From Candidatus Dojkabacteria bacterium (lineage in GTDB: Bacteria > Patescibacteriota > Dojkabacteria > J137), in the NCBI GenBank assembly GCA_039929105.1, contig JBDSRX010000076.1:1-49557 (forward strand): DNA of 49,557 nt, in the 5' to 3' direction. The notes under the pieces are model-generated. The model ran no database searches and was not told the DNA's origin. It saw only the letters and a program-made list of their open reading frames with translations. Position numbers and translations under genes: made by a program. Of the stretch, positions 49,334 to 49,557 are shown one piece after another. Position 1 is the first letter of the stretch. The number at the start of each line of letters is the position of its first letter.

Positions 49334-49557
49334 TTATATAAAGTTATAGATAAATGTTGAATTATATCACAAAACCACTTCTAAGCCTTACCTGCAGGCA
49401 TTATTGGGCAGAGGAGATGGATAATGCTTATAGGTTGGTATTAAAGATATAGCCAAAAGACTAAATAGTGTAAAATCTTAAAAAATTGAATTTTTGATAA
49501 ATAGAGTTAATTATTGTTATATTAATTAATTATTAATATAATTTTTAAATTACGAAA

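Noticed and set aside
1-49557. CRISPR arrays, rRNA genes, integrases or transposases, and alternative genetic code (UGA as sense)
   Set aside because: No regularly spaced direct repeats with unique spacers were seen, and no rRNA-like conserved strings. No recombinase or transposase motifs appear in any long ORF. TGA terminates several well-supported genes (mutL and recG), so code 25 or code 4 is not indicated.

Overview
By eye this is an AT-rich chromosomal segment from a small-genome bacterium. TGA acts as a stop (for example at the ends of mutL and recG), so the standard bacterial code applies. Gene content and style fit a monoderm-like, CPR/Patescibacteria-type organism, but the taxon cannot be proven from this window.

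The backbone is housekeeping: a partial mutL, clpP, tRNA-Val, a thrS-like gene followed by infC-rpmI-rplT, a class A PBP, tRNA-Ser, ridA-like, a P-type ATPase, recG, a SpoU-type methyltransferase, rsmD, rpmF, nusB, rnc, rpsP, a holB-like gene, and gyrB-gyrA.

The largest functional block is a 13-gene, tightly packed minus-strand type IV pilus operon (30086-41621). Its order is pilB, pilT, pilC, two pilins, pilD, four minor pilins, then pilM, pilN and pilO. It has no secretin gene.

Things worth a second look:
1. The gene in the thrS position keeps the ThrRS editing and anticodon-binding domains, but its class II catalytic core looks degenerate.
2. At least two families of GC-rich hairpin or MITE-like repeats fill many intergenic regions. 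One insertion is flanked by an 18-bp direct repeat.
3. A repeat-flanked accessory islet (17.1-19.2 kb) carries XRE plus ImmA/IrrE facing a Cas2/VapD-like small protein, a DUF2188 protein and a winged-helix-like protein.
4. A recG-coupled block of orphan, membrane-anchored or secreted proteins (21.5-26.2 kb) includes a tail-fibre-like adhesin and an M23 peptidase.
5. All five prepilins have Ala rather than Gly at position -1, and PilT carries a roughly 190-aa Pro/Thr/Gln-rich N-terminal extension.
6. There are structured non-coding stretches: the 385-nt region downstream of pilO, a long hairpin in the rnc leader, and a promoter-plus-terminator unit upstream of clpP.
7. Shine-Dalgarno motifs are nearly absent, and two genes may be leaderless.

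All protein family calls come from reading motifs in the supplied translations and comparing them with sequences recalled from memory. No database search was run.
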